Assembly (NCBI GenBank): GCA_029865985.1
Contig: JARXAF010000123.1
Coordinates: 2,003 to 66,002 of the forward strand
Direction: 5' to 3'
Source of the DNA: Verrucomicrobiota bacterium
Lineage (GTDB): Bacteria; Verrucomicrobiota; Verrucomicrobiia; Limisphaerales; UBA9464
DNA: 64,000 nt
How positions within the stretch are numbered: the stretch's first letter is position 1; every line of letters begins with the position of its first letter. Below the pieces are notes generated by a model. The model did not search any database. It saw only the letters and a list, made by a program, of their open reading frames with translations, and was not told the origin of the DNA. The translations under genes were made by a program, and so were the position numbers. This document shows positions 9,017-21,000 of this stretch, one piece after another.

Positions 9017-11795
9017 AGGCCACTTCGTTGAGGTTGAGCATGAGCAGACAAGCGCTCTCGAAAGCCCGGTGACGGGCCCAATTGGGCGGGCGCTCCGCCC
9101 ACAAAGGTCGAGGCGCACCACCCGATGGGGTCCACCGAAATTGATCCAAACTCACGCCGGATCCCCAGGCTCGAACACCCAAATGCCCCGAGGTCGAGAA
9201 ACCCGTGGCCGCAGTGGACTGCATCGCGGGGGCCGCATCGTCACCCAAATAGACCGCCATGCGCCCGCCTTCGAGACGAACCCGCACCTTCAATCGATCT
9301 CCCCGCAAGGCAACACCCCCTCTGGAAGCCAGCGACACCACCCCGGCGCCCGTCAACTGACGCAATGTCAACCGACCTTCCCGGGGCTCAAAGACCAACT
9401 CATGCCCGGTCTCGCCGGCACCACCCGATCCGACTAAAGCACGCAACAGCAGACCCACCTGGGAACAGCCCACCTGGGGTACTATTTCCACTGCCAGTTC
9501 GCCGTCGCTCACCGCAGCCCCACTCGAAAAAGCAAACGGACCGCGCCCTGGTTCCAATGCCCGATTGCCCTCGTATTCGCGCGGCCACAGACCTTTATGG
9601 CATTCCCAGTCAGGCCCGGGTGGCACAAGGAATCGATCTGGCGGAAGCGCATTGAAATAAGGCACCGACAACGTGTCGGGCACGTCCGGTCGGAAGGACA
9701 ACCGGTGGCGCAGGCCTTCCCAAACCGATTCCTGACGCCGCTGATATTGGGACATCCGAGCCAATTCCTCCGGCAAGGGTTTGCGGCCGGTGGCCCGAGT
9801 CCAGGCGTGTTGCAAGAGCGTCTCCGAGGACGCACCGGACCCGGCTTCGGTGCGGATGCGATGAGCCAGTTCAACGGCCTGCTCTTGCACGAAGGCGTCA
9901 TTCAGCAACATCAAGGCCTGCGGGGCCACCGTGGTGACGGGCCGTTCCGAGAGCGGGGAGGTCGCGTTGCTGTAATCGAAGGTCTCGAACATCGGCACCA
10001 TGGAAGTTCGCCGGATGTAGGCATAGACACTGCGCCGGGCCCGCTCACCGGTTCCGGACACCTGCCAGTCGGTGCCCGGTCGGGAGCCTCCCGCCAGCAC
10101 CTCGCCGCTGAGCGCCGGGAAAAAACCCCGACCACCGGCCTCCAAATTCAAAGCGCCCGAGATCGCCAGCAAGCTGTCGCGCAAGGCCTCGGCATCCAGG
10201 CGACGGAGATTCTGGCGCCACAAGAGGTCATTGGCTGGATCGGCCTTGAGGGCCTCTGGATTTTGCACCGCCGACGATTGCATCCAGGTGGCCGAGGTGA
10301 GAATGAGCCGGTGGAGGGATTTGATGGACCAGCCTTGGCGGATGAACTCGCTGGCCAACCAATCCAACAGTTCCGGGTGTGTTGGAAGGCTTCCTACGCG
10401 CCCGAAATCGGTGGTGGTTCGGACCAACCCTCGGCCGAAATGGTGGTGCCAGATCCGGTTCACCATCACCCGGGCCGTCAGCGGGTTGGCAGGGCTGGCG
10501 ATCCACTCCGCCAAGGACTGCCGACGACCCGCCGTGGGCATACCCTCTTTCCCGACCGGCGCATCGCCCCCTCCGGCTGCCCGCAGGAATCCAGGAGCCA
10601 CTTCAGCCCCCGGAGACCGCGGATTGCCGCGAGCCAACACCTGCACTGCCGGCGTCGGGCCACTGCGCTCGCGGGCCGCCAGAGCCCATTCGAAGGGAGG
10701 GCCCGCCTTCTGGATCGCTTCGATGCGGCGGGTGAGGTCCTTGCGGACCGCCTCGTCGGTCGCCGCCGCCCGTTGCGTCTCCAACTCCTGCCGCTGGCGT
10801 TCCTGCGTGGCTTTCCATTCGGCAATCTCGGTTGGTGAGGCCAGGGGCGCGAACGAGGGCGAGTCGAGGCCCGGGCCGCCATTGACGCCCGCATGCAGCG
10901 GCCTGAAAATGGCCATCATCGAATAGTAATCGCGCTGCGGAATGGGATCGAACTTGTGATCGTGACAACGGGCACAGGCCACGGTCATTCCCAGGAAGGC
11001 CGCTCCGGTGGTTCCCACGATGTCATCAAGCTCGTCATACTCGGCCTGGAGTTTATCATCGGGCTCATCGTCGTGGACGCCCATGCGCAGGAAGCCGGTG
11101 GCCACGACCGCGTCTTTCCAGGCATCCCCGGCTCGCCCCCCGTCTTCCAACAACGTCGAAGCCACCTCATCTCCGGCGATTTGCTCGCGGATGAACTGGT
11201 CGTAGGGCTTGTCCTGATTGAAGGCGCGGATCACGTAATCTCGGTAGCGCCACGCTTCGCGTTTTTCGCCATCCCGCTCATAGCCATTGCTCTGGGCGAA
11301 CCGAACCACATCCAACCAGTACCGACCCCACCGCTCGCCATAACGGGGGCTGGCGAGCAGCGTCTCCACCCAGCGGGACCAGACCTCCGGAGACGGATCG
11401 CGTTCAAAGGCCGCGATCTCGCTGGGCGTGGGGGGCAACCCGACCAAATCGAGATGCAGGCGGCGCAGGAGTTCCCGAGGGCTGGCTTGCGGACTCAGGC
11501 CGATTTTTTTCTCGGAGAGCTGCTGACGGACAAAGGCATCGATGGGGTTCGCACTCGCTGGCTGGTTTCCCCGAGGGATGCCCGGTGAGGTGATGGGACG
11601 GAAGGCCCACCAGTCTTTTCCAGCATCAGCAGAATTCTCCGCCTCCAATCGGATCAACCCCACCAACACGGCCACCACGATCCAGACGCACCGAACCCAG
11701 CGCCACTCGCATTGCCCGAAGACCACTTCCTTGCAGGCCCCTTCAGGACACACGCCCTGAGAGGTCCCTCCGGTTTGGATCAAGGAGAATGGCAT
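9006..11795 (-). CDS. DUF1549 (PSCyt2) / DUF1553 (PSD1) domain protein with an inserted jelly-roll (LamG/DUF1080-like) domain
   Basis: The ORF starts on TTG at 11831. The first ATG at 11795 gives MPFSLIQ... followed by the TM helix VRCVWIVVAVLVGLIRL. The CARCHDHKFDPIPQRDYY motif is typical of DUF1549. The DUF1553 core follows, then an insertion at about 9120-9625, then the family-typical C-terminal end LLMLNLNEVAYVD. Confidence 0.8.
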   Translation of the reverse strand: MPFSLIQTGGTSQGVCPEGACKEVVFGQCEWRWVRCVWIVVAVLVGLIRLEAENSADAGKDWWAFRPITSPGIPRGNQPASANPIDAFVRQQLSEKKIGLSPQASPRELLRRLHLDLVGLPPTPSEIAAFERDPSPEVWSRWVETLLASPRYGERWGRYWLDVVRFAQSNGYERDGEKREAWRYRDYVIRAFNQDKPYDQFIREQIAGDEVASTLLEDGGRAGDAWKDAVVATGFLRMGVHDDEPDDKLQAEYDELDDIVGTTGAAFLGMTVACARCHDHKFDPIPQRDYYSMMAIFRPLHAGVNGGPGLDSPSFAPLASPTEIAEWKATQERQRQELETQRAAATDEAVRKDLTRRIEAIQKAGPPFEWALAARERSGPTPAVQVLARGNPRSPGAEVAPGFLRAAGGGDAPVGKEGMPTAGRRQSLAEWIASPANPLTARVMVNRIWHHHFGRGLVRTTTDFGRVGSLPTHPELLDWLASEFIRQGWSIKSLHRLILTSATWMQSSAVQNPEALKADPANDLLWRQNLRRLDAEALRDSLLAISGALNLEAGGRGFFPALSGEVLAGGSRPGTDWQVSGTGERARRSVYAYIRRTSMVPMFETFDYSNATSPLSERPVTTVAPQALMLLNDAFVQEQAVELAHRIRTEAGSGASSETLLQHAWTRATGRKPLPEELARMSQYQRRQESVWEGLRHRLSFRPDVPDTLSVPYFNALPPDRFLVPPGPDWECHKGLWPREYEGNRALEPGRGPFAFSSGAAVSDGELAVEIVPQVGCSQVGLLLRALVGSGGAGETGHELVFEPREGRLTLRQLTGAGVVSLASRGGVALRGDRLKVRVRLEGGRMAVYLGDDAAPAMQSTAATGFSTSGHLGVRAWGSGVSLDQFRWTPSGGAPRPLWAERPPNWARHRAFESACLLMLNLNEVAYVD

Positions 11796-12019
11796 TCCAT
11801 GAAGCTCCGGTGGGGAACCCAATTCCGTCAAGAATCAGGACTCGAAATTCCCGACTTGAACACCTGTCCCTAAAGGAAATCCCCCGTGGACCGGGGAAAT
11901 CCCTGGGTTCTGTTAATCGGACCGATCCGGAACTGCGACCCCTTGAATCCTTCGACCTCCGAGCAACCTCGCCGGAAGGAGATTCGAAGACTCCCGATCC
12001 GATCCCTACGACACTCATC

Positions 12020-15000
12020 ATGAAGACAACACCTCCCGTCCACCCGGTTGTCGACTCCACCCTTCGAGCGATCCGGCGCATCGCGGAGCTTTGGGGATTG
12101 AGCCTGATGGGGCTGCTCACTGCACACGCACAGCCGTGGACCAGCACCAACCTGACCCTCTGGCTCAAAGCCGATGCCGGGATCACCTTGGATGGAAAGA
12201 ACGGAGTCAGCAGATGGGCTGATCAGTCGTCCCGGAGCAACCACCTCGAACAAATCGACGCAAACCGTCGCCCCACCGTGCTGACCAATGCACTCCATGG
12301 GCTGCCCACTCTGCAATTCCGCGATGACTGGTTGACCCGGGGCAACGTGCTCGGCACCAACCTCTTCAGCAGCAACTCCGTCAGCCTCTTCGTGGTTCAG
12401 CGGCAACTCGGCAGTGACACCCGAACGACCACGCTGGCCTGGCGCGGCGGCAACGAACAGCGCCTCTACCTGCACGCCACCTACGACGACACCCTCAGCT
12501 TTCAAGTCGGCAATCCCTCCGCCGGCGGCAATGTCTCCACCCTCCAACCAAGCGGCTGGGACGATGTCTGGCACGTGATTTCCTGCCACCGCAACGGAAC
12601 CAACGGAGTGATTCGGGTGGATGGGGTTGCCGTGACACCTCCGTCGGTGTTCACGGCCGAAGCCAACGTGAACCAAAGCGCTGATTTCATTGTCGGCAGC
12701 GATCACTTCGGAAACACCTTCAACGGCGACATCGCCGAGATTCTGATTTTCAACGAAGTGCTCTCCGTCACCGATCGCCAGACGGTCGAAGAAACGCTGC
12801 TCAACAAATGGGCGGTGGCACGCGCCCCAGCTGCTCTGCCCGATTTATTGATCAAGGCGGCCTCGGACGCGGCCGCCGCGGGAGATGGACTTTATCAACT
12901 GCAACCGGAGTCGGATCAGATCCGGAGGGAATCCGTGGCCGCTCTCCGATCCACCTCATTCACCGTCACCGTGCAAAATGATGCTTTGGTGGCCGGCCCC
13001 ATCTTGCTCCGGGCTTCCGAGAGCGCGACGCCGGGTTGGCGAACCACCTACTGGCATGGAAGCACCAACATCACCGCAGACCTCGTCGGATCCACCGGGT
13101 TCAGCACGGCTGTTTTGGCCGCAGGCAGCCAGATCGAACTCCGGATCGAAATCACCATGGCGGGAGTGGTTCCACCGGGCATCGAAAAGACCGTCACCCT
13201 GAAGGCTTATGACCTCTACCTTCCCAACCTCGTTCGGGATGTTGTCCAAGCCGTTGCCACCGCCACCGCTGGGGTTCAAGCCGACTTGACCGTGCGCCGC
13301 GACCGGGATCCCGCTCCTGCGGGAGATGGCCTCTACAACACCACCGGGTTGGGGCAATCCAAGTGGCAGGACGTCACCACCAATCAATCAGCGATTTACC
13401 ATGTCACCCTGGGCAACGACGGGAACACCAACGCGCCCTTTTCCGTCCGTGGAACCGCGGGCGAAGATCCGTGGGAGGTGCGTTATTTCGGCCAGTGGCT
13501 CGTGTTCGACGGTGTGGATGATGCTGTCGATGTAGGAGCCTGGTCCCCGGGGATCCGCTGGACGGTGGAAGCCTGGGTGAATCCCTCCGCCACGCCGGTG
13601 GTTCGTCGCAGCATTGCCGGCGGGGCCAATGAAGCGCGCGACTGGGGAATCGTATTGCAGGAAGGCCAATTCGGAATCGTGACGAAGCCGGCCGACGGCG
13701 GCGTGAGCGTGACCTACCTCTCCAAGGTCCCGGTCATCACCAACACCTGGTACCACGTGGCCGGCAGTTGTGATGGCACCAACGCGATTCTCTACATCAA
13801 TGGCGAGGCCAAGGTGTCCGGATTGGTGCTCACCAATTATTCAGGAACCGCCGCCGGGACGCGGATAGGCAGCGAGTCCTGCTGTGGGGGCAACAGCTTT
13901 CCAGGAATCATTCGCGAGGTGCGCATCTGGAACCGCGCCCTCCCCCAATCGGAGATCACCGCGGGCATACCGAAAACGCTTCTGGGGAGCGAACCCGGAC
14001 TGGAAGGGTACTGGCGACTGGACGGCGGTGGCACCTTCCCGATCTGGGACCTCGGCCCGAAAAAGCGTCATGGAACGCGAATGAACGGACTGGCCTGGGT
14101 CCCACGCGATTTGACCGACGCCATCACCGGAGCCGGATGGTCGGACCCCGTGATAGGCGGTGGCGCAGCCATGGAATTGGACATCGTGGTCACCCCCAAA
14201 CGCCTCGTGCCCGGGAGCCTTGCTCAAGTCGTCTCTGTGGTTGCCCAATCGATCAGCGATCCCCTGCGGTCGGACACCGTCTTGATGACAACGCAAGTGC
14301 GTGCGTCGACCAGTGCGACTCCCATCGCCGCGCAATACACGACCACCTCCGATTTTGAACGAGGCTGGATGAGTGGTTTGGAATCCTGGAGCACTCCCGA
14401 TCAACTCCAGTTGGGTGGGGCTTCCGGCGTCCTCCCCTACCTCTGGATTCCCAACGACAACGACAACTCCATTTCCAAGGTGGACACCCGCACCGGCCGG
14501 GAACTAGCCCGGTACCGGACCGGACCGAACTCCATCGTCGGCAACCCCTCCCGAACCACGGTGGACTTGCAGGGCAACTGCTGGGTGGCCAACCGCAATT
14601 CAGCGACGGTGGTGAAAGTAGGGCTACTGGAGCATGGCAATTTCGAGGATCGCAACGGAGACGGCCTCGTGCAGACGTCCCGGGATTTGAATGGAGACGG
14701 AGCCATCACCGGGGCCGAGCTGCTCGATTGGGGGAAAGACGAATGTGTCCTCCACGAAGTGCTGCTCACTCCGGGTTCCGAGAACCGCTATACCCCCGGC
14801 ACTTTCCGCGGAACCTACCCCAACAATTACTGGAACCCGGGTCCTCGCGGGATGGCTGTCGACGCGCGAGGCAACCTTTGGGCCGGCACTCATGATTCCA
14901 TGTGGTACTACTCCATCAACGGAGAAACCGGAGCCATCCTCCGGGCCATCGATGTCTCGACCGTCAACCACATGGCGTATGGCGCGGCCATCGATTCGCG

Positions 15001-18000
15001 CGGCATCCTGTGGTCGTCCGGTTACAAAGACTCCGGTGAGCAAAACCTGCTGCGCCTCGATCCGAGCGACGGCTCCTTCACCAAGACCGTTGTGGATTTC
15101 CACAGCTACGGAATCGCACCCGACCGCAACGACCACCTGTTTGTCTCCGGCCATCAGGAGTCGGTCCTGACCCGCTGGAACCTCCTCACCGGCACGCAGG
15201 TTTGGAAGATTTCGGTCGGGGCCAACCCGCGAGGCATTGCCATCACCGACGACCATGACGTCTGGGTCGTCAACTCCGGGGCCAATACCCTGACGCGCTT
15301 GTCCAATGACGGCATTCTCCGAGCGGTGATCCCGGTTGGACCCACACCCACGGGGGTGGCCGTAGACGCCAACGGCAAGGTGTGGGTTTGCGGTACCGGC
15401 GACGATTATCTCCGCCGCATCGATCCCGCCACCGACCGGGTGGACCTCGCGACGCGCGTGGCGGGAGCCCACTACGGCTACAGCGACATGACCGGAACCA
15501 TCGCGCGCAACAGCACGGTGCGTCTGGGACTGTGGTCCGACATCCATGATTCACGGGTCACCAACACGGCCTGGCAACAAGTGGTGTGGCAAGGTCAGGA
15601 CCCCACCGGGACCAACTTGCAAATCCGACTCCGCAGCTCCAACGACACCCTGCGCTGGTCCGGCTGGGAAACGGCGGTGAGCGGTTCCCCGCTCCTCAAG
15701 ACGCCGCCCGGTCGCTATCTCGAATTTGAAGTGACACTGCGGGCCGTTCCCGGAGCACCAGCTCCGGTCCTGTTGGACTTGTCGGCCACGGGACGGGCCC
15801 CATCGGCCACCGACCTGGCGTTGGTCCTGAACGCAACCCCGTCACCGGTGCTCAGCGAGTACCCGCAAACGCTGACGGTGACCGTCACCAATCGGGGGCC
15901 CAATTGGGCTTCCGGCGTCGTGGTCACCAACCTCTTGCCCAGCAATTTCGACGTCATCAGCGTCACCGTGCCCGGAGGGTTTTACACACGCTCCACCCAC
16001 CAAATCGTCTGCACCCTCGACGGTGTCGCTCCGGGTGGTTCTGGCGTCATCCGGTTGCACGGCAGCCCATTATCGGCGGGTGCGTTTCGACTGGAATCCA
16101 CAGTCACCGCCAACGAGTCGGATCCGGATCGCAGCAACAATACCGACCAAATCGATTGGGAGGCCCTACCCGTGGCCTGTGTGGCTCCCATGGCCGGATG
16201 GGTGGCTTGGTGGACCGCCGATGGCACCACCAATGACGTGACCCGAGATCACCCCTTCATTGTGCAAGGCGGACCCACGTTCATCGCTGGCAAAACCGGG
16301 CAGGCCTTCCTGTTCGATTCGAATGACGATCGACTCACCTCCGCCCATCAGGATGCCTTCAATCTCAATCGCAGTGGCTTCAGCGCCGTCTTCTGGATGA
16401 AGGGTGGCAAGGACCAACCCGGACAGTCGGAAGTGCTGTGCACGCTCCTGGAGAAGTCCCACGGATGGATCGACAACACCGGTTGGGCCTTTCAGGCCTA
16501 TCCCGCGACGGGTGAGCTGGGTTTCGGAGCAGGACAAGGTGGCGGCACCGGAAATGGATTCGTTTCGGCCAATTCCCTGGTCGATGTGCTCGACGAACGC
16601 TGGCACTGCATCGCAGGCACTTGGGACGGTTTCAACCTCCGGCTTTATGTCGACGGACAGTTGCAACGGGTCACGCCCCTGCTCATTCCTGCCAACAATT
16701 CCAGGCCTCTGAATCTGGGCTTCACTTGGGGCAACGGTGGCCCACGTCGCTTCTTCCGAGGATTGCTCGATGAGGTGGGCTTGCTGGACCGCGCCCTGAG
16801 TCTGACGGAAATCGAACGCATTTACTCCGCCCGTTCCGGTGGCCTGTGCCGCCAGAGCCCGATGATTCTCCACCCCTTCCGCATCGAAGACGCAGTGGTC
16901 GGAAATCCGCTGGAGGAAACCATTCTGGCAGCCCTGGGAACACCTCCCTACAGCTTCAAAGTTTCGGCCGGAACCTTGGCTCCGGGCCTGGTTCTTTCGC
17001 CACAAGGTGTTCTGGCGGGGCGCCCTGAAGTGGCCGGGCGGTATGGATTCACCGTCCGGGTCACCGATGCGTCCGGAGGCTTCATCGACAAGCCCTACCT
17101 TCACTTCATCGCCGCGTGTGTCGCTCGCCCCAGTGGATTGATCGGTTACTGGAATGCCGATGATGCCACGGACAATTTGAGCGGCACCCATCACGGCTCC
17201 TTGGAATACAACGCCGGATTCACGGCGGGCCGGGTCGGGAACGCCTTTGTCTTGGACGGCTCGGATGACGCCATCCGCCTCTTTGGCAGCAGCGCGGGCC
17301 CGCTGAGAATCACCACCAATCAAGTGACCGTTGCGGCCTGGATCAATCTCAGCGCCACCAACCCTCCGGCCACCGGCTACTCGATGATCTTCGACAAGGC
17401 CTTGGATGGCTCTCCGAACGGCTATCAACTGGCCGTGATCCAGGGAGAATTGGAGGCGTGGATCGCCACGGTGGATAGCCCGAAGGGACTCGGAGTCCGG
17501 TTCGCCCTCCCGCGCCAACGCTGGGTCCATGTCGCCACGACCTATGACGGTATTACGCTGCGCTTGTATCAGGATGGCATCGAAGTCGCCTCCGAACCGC
17601 TCACCGGCAACATCCTTCCCAACAACCACGAGGCCTGCATTGGCAATGACAATTGGCCGGGCTCGCGGGCCTACGCATTCAATGGCCTCCTGGATGAACT
17701 TCAGGTGTACGACCGGGCCTTGAGCGCCGCCGAAATCCTTTCGATCCAATCCGCTCAAGGGGCCGGCTTCTGCCCGTGGCTCTTTGCGGATTTGATGATC
17801 AAGGGTGGATCCCAACCCGATTCGGCCTTTTCAGGAGACAACGAATACCCCCCCATCCCGAACGCGGCACAAACCCTCGAACAGGGGGTCGATCCGTTGG
17901 CTTCCACGGCCTTCGAAGTCATGATCGAAAACGACGGACCGGTTCCCCGCTCCTACACCCTGCGATCCATCGAAGACTCGGCTCAAGATTGGACAATCGA

Positions 18001-21000
18001 TTACCGGGACTCGGCCGGTGCAGATCTCTCTGGAAAGCTTCGCCGCCCCGAGGGATTCACGACGGATATTCTCGCTCCTGGATCCACTCGCAAAATCCGC
18101 ATCACCCTGAGTCCCGGACTCAGCGTGCCAGCCGCCGGGACAAAATCGGCCGTGATTCAAGTCACCCTCGACTCCGGCGCCACCACCCTCCGGGATGCGG
18201 TTCGAATCGTGGCCAAAGTCAATCCCACTTACCAACCCGACCTCATGATCCGCCGGGATTTGGATGACAGCTTCGCGGGCCAGGGCGTTTTCAACACCAC
18301 CGGTCTCGGTCAATCCCGGCGGCTGGAAGTTTCTCCAGGCCAAAGCGCGACTTATCACCTCCAACTCAAAAACCACGGCAACACTACCAACCGGATGCGA
18401 TTGACAGCCTCCTCCACTGCGGTGGATTGGGCCTTCAATGTGTGTGGAGCGCGTCCTGCCCTGCATTTCGATGGATGGGACGATTACGTCAGCATCCCCA
18501 ATTCTACCAACCTTCACTCGGATCGCGGCCTGTCGATCAGCGCTTGGATCCGGACCGACGGGTTCCCACGCCAATGGCAGAACATCCTGTGGAAAGGCAA
18601 TACGCCCGACTGCACCGGTGGCTGCGAGAACCGCGAATACGCTCTGTGGCTCCATTCCAATGGGCACATCGCCTTGAGCTCCACGCCCACCTCCCGCATC
18701 GGGGCCGGAGAGCTGTTTTTGGAAACGGCCGCCGGAGGCATCCAAGCCAACCGTTGGCACCACATCGCCGCCGTCCTCAACAGCGACGACAACACCATGC
18801 GGATCTACATCGATGGGGACTTGAAAGCGTTGGGCGGCTATTCGACCAACAGCATCCGCACCACGACAGGCCCGCTTCAAATCGGCCTCAATGCTCCCGG
18901 CCAGTGGCCTTTCCTCGGGTCCATCCAGCAAGTCAGCCTCTGGGGCAAAGCCTTGCCGGCCGCTGATATCGCCCAATTGGGAATCCGAAACCCGATCGGA
19001 TCTGAAACCCAATTGAGGGGTTACTGGCCGCTCATCGACGGTGAAGGCCTGATCGCTCGGGACGCGTCGAAGAACCGCAACCACGGAACCATGACCAACG
19101 GACCTGCCTGGGGATTCGCCCCTGTGGATGGATCTTCCTGCTTTGATCTGGCCCCGTTCCTCGGTGCGGGTTGGACCAACCTGGTTCTCGAACCCAAGGG
19201 CGGTCTGGACTTCGTTGTCCAAGTCACTCCCGGCCCCCACGCGGCTGCCGGCAGCAGCCAAACCATCACCTTCACGGCCGAGTCCCTGACGGATCCCGAT
19301 CAACGGGATGTCGCGGCGAGCACCACCACCGTGAGCAATCCCAGCACGACCCCTCAACCGGGCACCTACACGTCGACCCAAGATTTCGACCTCGGGCGTC
19401 TCTCGGGCGTCGAAACCACCTCCACAACCGATCAGCTCCAACTCTCCAGCCAATCGGCCGCACTGCGTTTCCTGTGGGTACCGAACAGCGAGGGAACCAT
19501 TTCCAAGGTGGACACCTTGAGCGGCCGCGAACTCGGCCGATATCGCACCGGCCCTCCGGCGGTGAACAGCCAACCCTCACGCACGACGGTGGATTTGGTC
19601 GGCAATTGCTACGTGGCGAACCGGTACAGCGGAACCCTGGTCAAGGTGGGTTTGTTGGAGCAGGGACAGGGCATCGATCGCAACGGAGACGGAATCCTCC
19701 AAACCTCCCGAGACCTCAACGGTGACGGCGACATCACCGGCGACGAACTGCTGCCGTGGGGATCTGATGAGTGCGTGCTTTGGGAAACCTCTCTCATTCC
19801 GGGCGAGGAAGGATTCTTCACACCGGGCACCTTCACCGGAACCTACCGCAATGACTGGGGTACCCCCGGAGTCCGCGGGGTGGCCGTTGATGTCCAAGGC
19901 AATGTCTGGGTCGGGACTTTGGAGACCAAGAAGTTCTATTACATCGAAGGTTCCACCGGCCGCATCTTGAGGACCATTGATGTCTCATCCGTCAACCACC
20001 GGACCTACGGTGCGGTCCTCGACCGTTCGGGCATCCTCTGGGCGTCCTCGCACGACCGCAATGAAGTGCTGCGAATGGACCCGGCTTCCGGTGAGTTCCG
20101 CGTGCTGCCTCTGGGACATTTCTCCTACGGCATCGGCATGGATCGAAACGGGCATGTCTTTGTCAGCGGCTGGGAATCCTCGCGGTTGAGTCGCATCGAT
20201 ATCGCCACCGCCACCATCGAATGGAACGTTCCCACCGACACCCAGGCTCGAGGCATTGCTGTCACCGACGACGGGGATGTCTGGGTCGCCCACTCCAGTC
20301 CTGGAATCGTGGTCCGACGCAGCAATAGCGGTGCCCTCAAGGCCTCCATCCCGGTGGGCAATCAACCCACCGGTGTGGCGGTGGATTCCCGCGGCATGGT
20401 CTGGAGTGTCGGCGTCGGCGAGCCCTCCATTCGACGCATTGATCCCAGTCGAAACGTCGTGGATCTCATCAAACTCATCCGCTGCGACAATCGAGAAGGG
20501 TTCCATTACGGCTACAGCGACATGACGGGCAACATGGTGCGCAATTCCACGACCCGGATCGGTTTCTGGACGGTGATCCATGATTCCAAAGTCGCCGGAA
20601 CCCCTTGGGGCACCGTCTCCTGGGAAGGGCAAGAACCCCTCGGAACCAGCATCCAAATCCGGGTAAGAAGTTCGAATGACCAGCGGACTTGGTCTCTCTG
20701 GGAATCGGCCCGCAAGGGCACATCTCTTCGGGCCACGCCGCTGGGACGGTATCTCGAAGTTCAGGTCACCTTGCAAAGCCAGCAACCGGGCCTGACTCCC
20801 CTGTTCCAAAGCCTGACCGTGGTGCCGGCGCGCGAGGTTCAGTACGGAACGCTGCATTACAGTCAGGACTTCTCCCAAACCATCGGTCCGGAGTGGTCCA
20901 ACCAGCACACGGCCCTCACGCCGCAGGGCAACCGCCGTTTTCTCGGCGAGTTCGGCAACCAAACCGTCACACTCACCCTCACCAACCTGCCCCCGCATGG

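Noticed and set aside
11789-12019. ATG at 11789 (preceded by AAGGAG) as the giant-gene start
   Set aside because: The AGGAG is only 1 nt from the ATG, and the resulting 77-aa leader is hydrophilic with no signal. It would also overlap the 5' end of the divergent DUF1553 gene. ATG 12020 gives a normal signal peptide. The start remains uncertain.
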